Assembly: GCF_006345805.1 (NCBI RefSeq)
Contig: NC_043023.1
Coordinates: 4,898,001-4,962,000, forward strand
Origin: Octopus sinensis
Taxonomy: Eukaryota
Length of the DNA stretch: 64,000 bases
Direction: 5' to 3'
The translations under genes were made by a program, and so were the position numbers. Below the pieces are notes generated by a model that saw only the letters and a program-made list of their open reading frames with translations, was not told the origin of the DNA and ran no database searches. Positions 51,786 through 64,000 of this stretch are shown one piece after another; position 1 is the stretch's first letter; each line of letters opens with the position of its first letter.

Positions 51786-52532
51786 AAGGGATTCCTTGTT
51801 TCAATTTTTTTTATTTCTAAATTTCAAAAATATTTTCCTAAAAAGAAAGTGAAAGATGTATGTACATGCATTTGAAATGGACGTGTGTGTGTGAAAGAGA
51901 GGGAGATGAAGGGGCGTGTTGTCATGTATACGTACATACATATTTCTTGTATGTACGTGTGCATGTGTGTGAGAGAGAGAGTGAGTGAGTGAACATGTGA
52001 TGTTCTCATGTATGTGTAAGTGACACTCTCTCTCTATCTCACACACACATCTATTTCATATACTCGTTCATACATCTTTCACTTTAAAACAAAAGTAAAT
52101 AAATAAAAATAAAAATAAACAAAACCAGCTGATCTGGATAACAGTTCTGAAAGATCGCCCCAAGGGAATACCATTACAAAACACTTTTTCAAGTGCATTC
52201 AACGTATCTCAGCTCCAAAGATTCGGGTGCTATTTCTAGCAACCCAGTATATTGCAAGAAACAGCTAAGTTTCTCGTCTGCCCAGTTGACTGGAACCAGT
52301 CTTCAAATGCTAAGGTCAGGCAAACCCTGATTTATTCCCTGAGGGTTTTAGACCTGTCAGCTAACCTCACCTAGTTTAGCTGGCCTGTTGAAGACATTGC
52401 CCAGGGTGTGGCTGCTGTTGCATGCAAACAGTTAGGAGGAGCCATAGGTGAGAGCTGGGAGTCAAGTGGGGACCTAGCCTAAAAGTGTGCGACAATCCCC
52501 CAATTAGAAAATAGAAATAGAAATAGAAATAT

Positions 52533-52700
52533 AGGCGCAGGAGTGGCTGTGTGGTAAGTAGTTTGCTAACCAACCACATGGTTCCAGGTTCAGTCCCACT
52601 GCGTGGCATCTTGGGCAAGTGTCTTCTGCTATAGCCCCGGGCCGACCAATGCCTTGTGAGTGGATTTGGTAGAAGGAAACTGAAAGAAGCCTGTCGTGTG

Positions 52701-52743
<43 letters not shown>

Positions 52744-53648
52744 TTGTGTGTCTGTATTTGTCCCCCTAGCATTGCTTGACAACCGATGCTGGTGTGTTTA
52801 CGTCCCTGTCACTTAGCGGTTCGGCAAAAGAGACTGATGAATAAGTACTGGGCTTACAAAGAATAAGTCCCGGGGTCGATTTGCTCGACTAAAGGCGGTG
52901 CTCCAGCATGGCCGCAGTCAAATGACTGAAACAAGTAAAAGAGTAGAGAGAGAGTAAGAGTAAAGAAGTTTAAAAATATACATAATGATGATGATGATGA
53001 TGATGATGACATATATATTCCCCCCCCCCACACACACACACACACATCCTGTAGGCAAACAGGATATGAACTACAATTTGTTTCTCCTCATTTGCCAAGT
53101 TTATGAATGTCTCCCTTTCAAATAAATCTTAACCAATCATTTCAGTTTCCTCCCCCAATCCCCCCAACTTCATTAATACAAAATCCCAATGATTCACATT
53201 TTCCAATTGCATCATTTCCTTATTATTTTCAGGTGTAGGAGTGGCTGTGTGGTAAGTAGTTTGCTTACCAACCACACGGTCCCGGGGTTCAGTCCCACTG
53301 CATGGCACCTTGGACAAGTGTCTTCTACTATAGCCCCGGGCCGACCCAAGCTTTATGAGTGGATTTGGTAGACAGAAACTGGAAGAAGCCCGTCATATAT
53401 ATATATATATATATATATGTATGTTTGTATATGTGCGTGTGTATATGTTTGTGTGTCTGTTTGGCCCCCAGCATAGCTTGACAACCGATGCTGGTGTGTT
53501 TACATCCCCGTAACTTAGCAGTTCAGCAAAAGATCTGATAGAATAAGTACTGGGCTTACAAAGAATAAACTCTGGGGTTGATTTGCTCGACTATAAAGGT
53601 AGTGCTCTAGCATGGCCGCAGTCAAATGACTGAAGCAAGTAAAAGAGG
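52533..53648 (+). mobile_element. Two family B SINEs (52533-52960, 53231-53648)
   Basis: Full heads, cores and tails. Confidence 0.85.
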
Positions 53649-54271
53649 GAAAGCAAATATTCATGAATATATATTTTGTTAATGCTTATTTACTCTTTTG
53701 CTGTTGTGTGGCCTCCCCAAAAATCTCATATGGACCCCAGTTAAGAACCACTGCTCTACATGGTGCTTGTTCTGCAAGAAATAACAGCCAAATCTTACAT
53801 AAAATATACACTTCACTCATGAATGACTATGGGATTGCACCTAGAAAGTTACCCTCTGAGGCACAAGTCTGGGCAAGGTTGTTCATGGAAGACCAGCAGT
53901 TGCCCATGCATGGCCTCCCCTCTCCATGCCACCAATGTTATCCAAGGGAAAGGGCAAAGGGGCCGATACAGCCTGGCACCAGTGACGTCACAACTCATTT
54001 CTACAGCTGAGTGAACTGGAGCAACGTGAAATAAAGTGTCTTGCTCAAGAACACAACACGCAGGTCAGCCTGGGAATTGAACTCACAACCTCATGACTGG
54101 GAGCCCGGCTCTCTAACCTCTGAGCCATACACCTTCTAATATATACTACCACCTTGAATAAAAAAAAAAAACAGAAAAAAAAAGCTGAGAAGAATATGTT
54201 GGAGTCACTTCACCATAGTTTTATGTGGTCCCAACATATGCCGAACCAATGAATATTGGGCATTATTGATT

Positions 54272-54519
54272 GTAGTAGTAGCAGTAGTAGTAGTAGTAGT
54301 AGTAGTAGCAATATTAATAGTAGTAGTGGCAGTAGTAGTAGTAGTAGTAGCAATAGTAGTAGCAGCAATAGTAGTAATAGTAGCAGTAGCAGTAGTAGTA
54401 GTAGTAGTTGTAACAGTAGCAGCAGCAGTAGTAGTAGTAGTAGCAGCAGTAGTAGTAGTTGTAACAGTAGTAGTAGCAGCAGCAGCAGTAGTATTAGTAG
54501 TAGCAGTAGTAGTAGTAGT
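54272..54519. repeat. (GTA/GCA)n trinucleotide microsatellite
   Basis: Direct observation; the poly-S/T/V ORFs are artefacts. Confidence 0.95.
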
Positions 54520-54875
54520 CAATGAAGTTTACTCAAATTCCTGTTTGGGTAAACAGATTCTTAAAATTGTAGGTATTGAGGATTGTATTTAAGCAAAGCC
54601 TAAAAGAGCAGCCACTAAAACTAGTTCTTGCAGGCAACCAGCAGGTGAGATAAGTCACATGTCTCTCTCTCTTTCTCTTGTTGATAAAATGTAATTTGTT
54701 AACCAATCGTTTCAATTTCCCCCTCAGATCCCACCAGCTTCATTAAAAGGAAATCCCAATGATTCTGGAATCTGCAATTACATATTCTTTTATTTGTTTC
54801 AGTCATTTGACTGTGGCCTTGCTGGAGCACCACCTTCATGAGTTTTAGTCAAACAAATCAACCACAAGACTTATA

Positions 54876-55453
54876 TTGGGTTGTCCGGAAAGTTCATGCC
54901 GATTTATAGTAGCTTACCTTTCGACATGGTTGAGTCCATAAAATAGGATTTGACTACACCTCCATTTAGAGCACAGTTTAAGCTATCTTTTCGTGGAAGA
55001 AGGTTTATGTTCTTATGAACATAAATCTTCTTCCACGAAAACCTGTGTTAATTCTGTAACCCTTTAAAATGGAAGATAAGAAAAGTTCATTTTCGGCACT
55101 TGATGCTTTGGGAACCAGACAAAAATTGCTGCAGCTCGGCTGGGATGTGTTATCCCACCCTTCATATTCACTAGATAGTGCTCCTTCGGATTTTCACTTA
55201 TTCAGGTCTCTGCAGAATAGTCTTAATGGTAAAAATTTCAATTCCTTGGATGACATAAAACGATACCTTGATGAATTCTTTGCCATGAAACCACCTCAGT
55301 TCTGGGAAGAGGGTATTTTCAAATTAAAGGAAAGATGGAGATGCATTGTGCAACAAAATGGTTCATATTTGGTTGATTAAAAATGTAATGGCAAGTATTT
55401 ATTGACTTTTTTCTTTCCTTCAAAAATCGACACAAACTTTCCGGACAACCCAA
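54876..55453 (+). mobile_element. Non-autonomous mariner derivative, second copy
   Basis: Same TIRs and same internal deletion as 41521-42085. Confidence 0.9.
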
Positions 55454-55639
55454 CATTTTGAAGGGCCTTAAGATTTACTCAGCAAATAATAAGGTCCTAG
55501 TAAGCAAGAAAACAGACAGAATCTTACTCCCATCAGGTATTCCTGCTCATTATGTGTGAAATGTGTAGGCAGGAATTCCATGTGGTGTACCCAGTGTAAG
55601 CCTTGCAGTGGAATAATGGGAATGTTATCAGAAAGCAGT

Positions 55640-56085
55640 ATATATAGATAGAAGATGCACAGGAACCTTAAAGTGATTTTGTCAAATGCTCTGGAGGCTC
55701 TTTGGAGGTAAAGGAAGACTGTATGAGGCATGTGTACAAACAGCAATGCTAAATGGCAGTGAGACATGGGCTCTGAATGCAGAGGATGTATGAAGCCTAG
55801 AGAGGAATGAAGGTGGTATGCTCTCCTGAATGTGCAATGTCAGTGTACATGTGTGACGAAACACTACTGCTTCGGAGAGAGAAGTTGAGCATTAAGAGGA
55901 ATTAGATGCAGAGTGCAAGAGAGAAGACTGTTTTGGTTTGGTTGTGAGATGCATATGAATGTGCGAAATTGCATAAAGAAGTGCCAATCACTTGAAGGGG
56001 ATGGATGCTGTGGAAGAGGGAGACCCAGGAAGACATGGAATGAAGTACTGAAAGCTGATCTTTATGAAGGAGATGATTAAGGACT
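55640..56085 (+). mobile_element. Degenerate RTE family 2 RT C-terminal fragment
   Basis: KGRLYEACV.TAMLNGSETWAL...GRGRPRKTWNEVLKADL. Confidence 0.75.
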
Positions 56086-56091
56086 GAGGTA

Positions 56092-56499
56092 TCTTATTTC
56101 TTTATTGCCCACAAGGAGCTAAACATAGAGGGGACAAACAAGGACAGACAAACGGATTAAGTCGATTAGATCGACCCCAGTGCGTAACTGGTACTTAATT
56201 TATTGACCCTGAAAGGATGAAAGCAAAGTCGACCTTGGCGGAATTTGAACTCATAAAGTAACAGCAGACTAAATACCTGTTTCTTTACTACCCTCAAGGG
56301 GCTAAACACAGAGGAGACAAACAAGGACAGACAGATGGATTAAATCAATTATATCGACCCCAGTGCACAACTGGTACTTATTTAATCGACCCCAAAAAGC
56401 AAAGTCGACCTCGGGGGAATTTGAACTCAGAACGTAACAGCAGACGAAACACGGCTACACATTCCACCCGGCGTACTAATGTTTCTGCCAGCTCGCCAC
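56092..56499 (-). mobile_element. Dimeric SINE family A
   Basis: Two bodies; TSD ctgaggtatct on both sides. Confidence 0.8.
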
Positions 56500-57846
56500 C
56501 TGAGGTATCTGGCATCTTGCTGTACTCAAGAAGACCCATCCTAATACATACTGCAACCCCTGCCCTGAGCCTCTCCTATATTCTACTCCATCATTTATCT
56601 CAGGCATCTCTATTCTACCTATCCACCTAGAGCCAGCCTTAGCTGATGCGGGGCCCAACTGGGTGAGGTAAGGGAAGAATTTCTGAGGGTCCACTCTACC
56701 CCACCTCACTCTGATTTTTGTGGAAAAAATATCATCTGCAGCATATTAGGAAATAAGGTTACTTGATAGCACAAGAAAAAAAAAACTAAGATAAAACATT
56801 ATTTCCCTAGTTCCCAAAATTGAGTTGGGTGTTCAACTGTAAATTTACCTAAAATTTTCACCATCAGTAAGTGAAACTACATCTAAACTATGCTTTTTAA
56901 AAATATTCTTGGCAAAATTGGAAAGAAATTTAACAAGATCTCAAAGAAACTTCTATCTATTGCATGATATTATGCTAAAAGAGATATACATATAATGCAA
57001 ATTAATAATTTGAATTTTTTGGAAGCTGGTTCTATACTTACCTTTTGTGTTGTTTTTTCTATAACCCCCGTTGCAGAAAACACAGTCCTGTCTGTGTAAC
57101 AAGAAGCCTGTTTCTTAGCTATATGGCTTTGGGTTTAGCACCATTGTGTGGCACCAAATGTCTCCAACTATAGCCCCATGTGTGTGTAACGGGAGGGGTG
57201 AGGTAAATAAAGGGAGGTGGGAGAATGTTGGCAATGGATGTAGAGAGGAGAGGTGGATAAAGAGCATTAATATTGGTGGTAGGGTTCAGCTGGGGGGGGA
57301 GACATTGGCGGTTGGCTGGTTATTTACGGGAGTTGTAGGGTTAATAAAAAGATGATCAGGACTAATACTGGCTGAATCTGATGGTGGAAGGGGTTGCGGA
57401 GAGATAGGGGGATACGAGTTAACCTCCCTAGAATGTGGTGGGGAAGGTGGGAGCAAGAGGACGAAGGCTGGTACGGTGTGATTGAAATTGTTTAACGATG
57501 CTGGTCTCATGGTTTCATGTCATATGGCTCAAAACTTTTTAATTAATTTTACTTTGTTTTTCCTCCCCTTCAACAGACCGCCAATGCAAAGTGCAACCCC
57601 ACCATCGTGAAGCAGAAGTGCAATAATAGAAAAGTGAGGACATTAAAGCATTGAAGAGGAAAAATGAAACTGAAGAATTTGAGGTTTACCGAAATTCAAC
57701 AGCAGAAAAAAAAAAGAAATAAGTAAATACAAAGACACAAAAAGCAACAGAAGAAAATTACAAAAAAAAAAAGAGAGGAAAAAAAAGGATTAGTGTGGGG
57801 AAAAGGAATAAAAATTACAAAAATTATAGAATACAAAAGCAATGTA

Positions 57847-58409
57847 TTGGGATGTCTGGAATGTTCGTGCCGATTTTTAAAGGAAAGAAAAAGGTCAATA
57901 AATATTTGCCATCACATTTTTAATCAACCAAATACGAACCATTTTCTCGCATAATGCGTCTCCATCTTTCTTTTAACTTGAAAATATCCTCTTCCCAGAA
58001 TTGAGGTGGTTTCATGGCAAACAATTCATCAAGGTATCTTTTTACGTCATCCAAGGAATTGAAATTTTTACCATTAAGACTATTCTGCAGGGACCTGAAT
58101 AAGTGGAAATCCAAAGGAGCACTATCTGGTGAATATGGAGGGTGGGGTAACACATCCCAGCCAAGCTGCAGCAATTTTTGTCTGGTTCCCAAAGCATCAA
58201 GTGCCAAAAATGAACTTTCTTATCTTCCATTTTAAAGGGTTACAGAATTAACACAGATTATACGAACATAATTCTTCCACGTAAAGATAGCTTAAACTGT
58301 GCTCTAAATGGAGGTGTAGTCAAATCCTATTCTATGGACTCAACCATGTTCTAAAATAAGTCAAAAGGTAAGCTAGTATAAATTGGCATGAACTTTCCGG
58401 ACAACCCAA
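57847..58409 (-). mobile_element. Non-autonomous mariner derivative, third copy
   Basis: TA-flanked TIRs; MEDKKVHF N-terminus fused to HPPYSPDSAPLDFHLF C-terminus. Confidence 0.9.
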
Positions 58410-59447
58410 TATAAGCATGGACATTTACAAGCGTCACATTAGTTCTTTTTAAAACTGTTTCTTATTCTCACTCCAACCTCTGTGCTTGCAGCTCTCACCT
58501 CGGGATTTAGGCTAATCTTTGCAGCTTTTGCAAAAGATGGCAACGGAGAATAATTTTCATCATCATTGTCAACATCAATATTATTATTATTAATTTAATT
58601 CAATTAATTTAAATACTGTGTGATCGGTGTTTGTTTAGTTTGTGAGTGACTTGTATAAACAGGGAGTGTGTATATGTGTATAGATGGAAATGTGTATGTG
58701 ATTTGTACTTGTACTTATAGCACTCTTTAGTAAAACCAAGGGAGACCCTAGATCTTCGAACAAAAACAGGTGACCCTGACTGAACCACCGAAACGTTGTG
58801 TTAACAACAAACAAGATGAGGACAAATATCCATCAAATGTAAATAATGTAAGATAACTAGAACCGCTATCTTCCACACATACAAGTTTGTCTTTTCAGGT
58901 GCCAGTGTGTAGTAGTAGTAGTAGTACAGAAAGGATGGAGAGCAGCAATATAACAAAACTGCATGAGAAACAAGGATGTGATGTGCGGGTTGGTAGGGTA
59001 GAAGAATAGAAAGCCTAAGAGAGAGAGAGGAGGAGGGGAGAATTAAAATGAAACAGAAGCGTGTTGTGGTTTATGAGCAAATTACTTGCAGGGCAGAAAG
59101 CATAGTAAACAGTATGAAATCATCATCATCATTTAATGACCGTTGTCCATAGTAGCATGGGTTGGATGGTGTGACCAGAGCTGGCAAGGCAGGGGGCGAC
59201 ACCAGACTCCAGTCTGATTTGACTTGGTTTCTATGGCTGGATGCCCTTCCTAACACCAACCACTTTACTGAGTGTGCTGGGTGCTTTTACATGCACCCCA
59301 CCCCCCACACACAGATGCTTTATTCACATTGTTTTGAATTAGTCATCTTATAGCCTTGGGATTTCAATGACGTGATTTTTTTTTCTCTAGTTTCAGCTCA
59401 GAGCTGTGGCCATGCTGAGGCACCACCATTAGTAGATATATATATAA

Positions 59448-59790
59448 AGGGTAAAGACCCCCTTCGGTCACGAATGACCATGGGATTGCACCTAGAAATT
59501 TACCCTCCCAGGCACAAGTCCAGGCAAGGTTGTTTATGGAAGAGCAGCAGTCTCCCATGCATACCAGCCTCCCCACTCCACACCAATGTTGTTGTCTAAG
59601 GGAAAGGCAAAGGGGCCGATACAGCTTGCCACCTGTGACGCTGCAACTCATTTCTACAGCTGAGTGAACTGGAGCAACGTGAAATAAAGTGTCTTGCTCA
59701 AGAACACAACACACAGCTCGGTCCGGGATTCAAACTCACAACCTCATGGTCATAAGTTCGACGCTCTAACCACTGAGCCATGCGCCTTCA
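59448..59790 (-). mobile_element. SINE family C
   Basis: Reverse complement of the 50700 type. Confidence 0.8.
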
Positions 59791-60183
59791 GGTCAGGTCT
59801 GACTTCTCACATCTACCCTACAATGACATTGTAAGAAGCCAGACCTGGCCAATTTGAATATAAAACAGGTAAGATATTTAGGTCAGACATGTCACAATTG
59901 CTAATCATTTGGCATTCAGTTGTAATGCAGAATTGTTTTGAAATGTGTAAACAAAAGAGTGACAAACTTGGAAGGAGTGTCCTGATTCTGTAATGCTAAT
60001 AAGGCAAGAAAGAATAGGTGCATATAAAAAAGCAGTTGATCATTTGTAATGGTCTATGTATACAAAAGCTGGTGGCTTCTGAAAAGGTTGCGTGTGCAGG
60101 CTTCCATATTTTCATCCATGTAGTTTTTGCTGAATGGCTGGTGAAATGTGTTTGCAGGCTTCTATGGTCTCCTTTTTTGTTAA

Positions 60184-60218
<35 letters not shown>

Positions 60219-60699
60219 CTCTCTCTCCCTCTCTCTCTCTCTCCCTCTCTACCTCTCTCTCTCTCTCTGGCTGGACAACAGCAAGACACCTGTTTCTGCC
60301 TTTGTTTCTCTGTCATACTCTAACCTTTCATCATCAGAGACAAGATCACCTCCTCCAATGTCCTCTCCCCTCTCAAAGATTCCTTGTCTTGCAAAGTTAT
60401 TTGGTGACCCTGCCAGTGTTGGTGCCACTTAAAAAGCATCCAGTCTACACTGTAATGTAGCTGGCATTTGGAAAGGCATCCAGCTGTAAAAATCTTGTCA
60501 AAACTGACCCCACCTGTACTGGTGCCATGTAAAAAGTTCTCAGCCCACTCTGTTGGTGTTAGGAAGGGCATCCAACCATAAAAACCATGCCAAAACAAAC
60601 ACAGAAGTTTGTTAAATGATGATGATGATGATGATGACAGCTATTTGTTTTCTAAATGTTCTGGGACTTCAGTTTCTCCCTCTATGCATTGTAGTGGAG

Positions 60700-62345
60700 T
60701 GCATCACAGTGGCACATTTATGCCATTAGTGGAGTGCATTCTGTGACACATTTACTCATGCATCTTTGCAGAGTCACGTCTGTGCCATTGCATGTACACA
60801 CGTACACCTCCAACACCTACATCTCTGCACATCCAAGCATGTGCCACTGCACATGCATGCTTACACCTCCATTCAGTCATGCATGCCCTCTGGGCATCCA
60901 CATGTGCATCGTCACACATTCAATCCCCGTACACACCTGTCTGTAGAGGTGGTCGCATGGCTGTAGGGAAGTGCTAGCATAGAAGTGCAGAAGCGCATGC
61001 GTGAATATGAGGTGCTGCATGCCTGAGTGTGAGGTGATGCACGCACGAGTGTGCTGTGGTGCATGCATGAATGTGTTGTGGTAGACGTATGGTAGCACAG
61101 TCATGCATGTGTGGTGGCACGTGAGTGGATGTGCAAAGGTGCATGCACAAGCCTGAATGTTTGGAGGTGCACACGTACATGCAGTGACACAGGCTTGTGT
61201 GTGCTAATCCGCTAGTGTAGAGGCACCGAGGCACATTGTTGAGTGTGTAGCAGCGCAAGCAGTCAGAGCCATATTGGATGAGGTCTTGTGGCAGCCATTG
61301 CCATCTCAAAGATTGGAGCGAGACCTCACCTGCATCCATTTGCCATGCGCGAGATCACAGCAAGGTTTGTTGTGGAGAAAACTATATCGATATTGATAAA
61401 CAAACGAGGAGGGTTGTGTTGGCATGTGCTAGAAACAACAGCCATATCTCTTAAATCGATGAATTTCGTCGCCCAATAAAAATATTAACGATATTTTTTA
61501 ATATTTTCTTTATTTTTTTTTTACCAAAAAGGTTTCTCCCATGATTTTGAAGGGCCAAAAACAACAAAAACAAAACAATAATATGCCTAAATCGGTCTAG
61601 AGTGGGATACGAGAGTGCGTGGAGTGTGGGTCGTATTGTAAAAATTTGCGAAATATTTTTTCATAAAAGGATGCCCCAGCTTCAAATTCCTCTTCTTCGG
61701 CGCCATTACACAGCAGCACTGGCTGAACAGCAACACTGGCAGAGGTTTTCTGCCTGTCTATCTCCAGAGGCAAATTGTGCCCACACTATCAGAGCTTAAG
61801 ATGGTAGCTGAGAGCAGCACACTTCACCTTTCTTGTAAATAAACCAGTTGTAAATAGCATTTGCATTTGAAGTCTTTTCTCTTTGATTGCCGGAAGATTG
61901 AACTACATAAAGAACAAGAAAAAGATGATGGAAGGAGACGATATTCCCCTGATATCGTAAACCTTGCCTTCCATTATTAAAAATGTGTGGTGGGGCATGC
62001 ATGGATGTGCAGTGGTGCACATTATGACGTGCAGAGGTGCATGCATGGATGGAGGGAAGCACACACATGGATGTCAGGTGGCACATGTGTGGAGGCGTGG
62101 AAGTGTCGTGGTGCACATGTGGATGTTTGGAGGGTCACGCGTGAATGTGTGCAGGTACATGTGTGGTTGTGCGCTGGTGCAAGTGTGACTGTGTGATGAT
62201 GCACAGTTGGATGTGCAGCGGCACAGGAGTGGATGTACGGAGGGGCATACGTGAATGTGTTATAGCATATGCATGAGTGGATACGCGGGGCTACACCTGT
62301 TGATGTGTGAAGGCGCATAGGTGCACGTGTGGTGTGTGTTTCTAT
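60700..62345. repeat. TGCA/CATG-rich cryptic tandem repeats, partly inverted
   Basis: Blocks 60700-60935, 60975-61230 (opposite orientation) and 61985-62345. Confidence 0.6.
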
Positions 62346-62489
62346 GTATGTGCGTGTCTATGTACGTTTGTGATTGTCTCCCACACACTGCTTGATAACC
62401 GTTATTACTTTGTTGAGAACCACAATTTAGCAGTTCTGCAAAAGTGTCCAGGATCTTTTCCTTTTGAATGGCAGTTTTCAACACAATTT

Positions 62490-63370
62490 CTAGTTAACTA
62501 AGCACTCGCTCTTTGTGCCAATGTGAGTGGAGACTTGAAGATTAAGCTGCTCCTTGTCTACCATTCTGAAACCCCACAAGCACAAAATCCTGATAGAGAA
62601 GCTGCAGGTCATGTGCAGTGCAAACATCAAGATTTTGTTTGGGTGCAACACAATTTCCTTCTTTGTTTCCAAAAACTACCGGCGTCAGGAACAAGAACGC
62701 AACCTTAGAAAATATGACACTTTATTTCGTTATTTACATAAAGAAGGAACGTTGGTAAATTGGTAACCTCTTGGTGTAGGTACAGCAAGGCTGAAGTTTA
62801 ACACTTGTAAAGATAAACCTCACAAAAACTCCAGCAGCAACAGAGCCGGTCAAATCCGAAGCGTCTGGGACAGGAGAATAGGCTGAAAACACGTCTTCTC
62901 TCTTCAACGAACGCCATAGAAGTCTCGTTCCCAGTTTTTAGCGCATGTGAATTAGGGAACTTCCTTAGGCCTTTCCAGAAGGTTCCAGCCTCGCACACGC
63001 ACACTGAAGAATGACGTCACTACAATTTCGACATGCAGTGGCGAAAACCACAAAGATCCCAAAAGTACCTTCTGGAGAAGGATTTTCCTCTCAAGGCCCT
63101 CATCCTTGACAGTGCTCCAGCTCATCTGCCTAACCTGGAAGTTCTGTACCTTTCAGGCAACACCACCCATATCTTGCAGCCCAAACTCATGTTTCATGTA
63201 CACCAAACTCATGTTTTGTCGGTGCTTTGAAGTTAGCGAAAATACAAGTTCAACCCTTCGTGAGCTTTGGAAGGAGCACTACAACATTGTTAACTGCCTG
63301 AAAATCATCGATATGGCCTGGCAGGGTGTAATGAAGAGAACGTTGAATTCTGCATGGTGGAAGCTGAAGT
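62490..63370 (+). mobile_element. pogo/Tigger-like transposase remnant, interrupted
   Basis: ANVSGDLKIKLLLVYHSETP, KALILDSAPAH, LYLSGNTTHILQP, TLRELWK...AWQGV...LNSAW. Unrelated DNA lies at ~62640-63040. Confidence 0.75.
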
Positions 63371-64000
63371 CTGACTTGCGAAATACCGCCAAGCATTTTG
63401 CCCAGCGTGAATGCGTTTGAATACTGTAACATCCAAGTTGTGAGGTTAATAAAATCAACTAATCCCTTCCCCTCAAAATACGGGTTAATGTTTACTTTAA
63501 CACCCGGCCGCCAAAAGAAAAAAGAAAAACAAGTATAATAGGTGTAAAAAAAATGTGGGCGAAGTTTCGGTTGTCGTAGCACACGTTTCCATCGATTTCC
63601 GTAAAAAACTTTTATTTTTTTACATATGGCTTTGCGGGAATATTTGAAGTAATGAGAGCGAAAGAGACTAAGAGGAAGCAATTGTATGACGAGGGAATTT
63701 CTTTTTGAAGTCCCCGTGTGTGTTTGATGGGGTGTGGGAGACAGACAGTATGTTGTGTAAGTGAAGTGCTTCTGTTAGTGTGTGCGAGAGAGTAATGTGT
63801 GAAAGAGAGAGATAACTGAAATTTTTTACTCGGTGTATGTGTATATGTATGTCTGCATGTATGTGTGTGTGTGTGTGTGTATGTATCTATGTATGTGTGT
63901 GTGTATGTATGTGTATGTGTATGTATGTGTGTGTGTATGTATGTGTGTATGTATGTATGGCCGATTCAGTGTTTACATTTTTTACGGAAATCGACGGAAA

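Noticed and set aside
54205-54592. Poly-Thr/Ser mucin-like ORFs
   Set aside because: Trinucleotide microsatellite; no splice or domain support.
57042-57090. Minus-strand exon ending aag|gtaagt
   Set aside because: The donor is good, but the acceptor side falls in a decayed SINE and the peptide is unrecognisable.
57670-57705. ctgaaga...gaaa hammerhead-like words
   Set aside because: No stem I, II or III pairing.
58499-58590. Minus-strand frame NNNNIDVDNDDENYSPLPSFAKAAKISLNPE ending at a gtgaga donor
   Set aside because: In-frame stop upstream with no acceptor or start codon in between.
58775-58802. ctgactga...ccGAAAcgTTgtgt hammerhead half
   Set aside because: Only the 3' half fits; stem II and the 5' core do not form in this copy.

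Overview
Repeat-dense, AT-rich animal genomic DNA. The tRNA-derived SINE families, RTE LINEs and microsatellite load resemble coleoid cephalopod (Octopus-like) genomes; this is an inference, not a database match. One intact host gene is visible: a Toll-like receptor with an intronless CDS (42736-44847, +; signal peptide, LRRs, LRRCT, TM, TIR) and a probable non-coding upstream exon. Most of the rest is transposon debris: RTE LINE fragments, three SINE families, mariner, pogo/Tigger and hAT elements, Gypsy remnants, microsatellites and a 100-N gap. Most small ORFs in the track are artefacts of these repeats. The most unusual signals are (1) a head-to-tail Helitron-like concatemer with exact CTAG|TC junctions, ending in a 78-bp mini-Helitron; (2) several dispersed hammerhead-ribozyme-like folds, including apparent compensatory G3-C8 and U3-A8 core variants; (3) a Tx1/L1-like LINE whose 3' ends sit three times inside one (TATC)n tract; (4) a candidate 15-nt minus-strand microexon; and (5) several local inverted or templated duplications. 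Coordinates were read by eye, and repeat boundaries may be off by a few bases.
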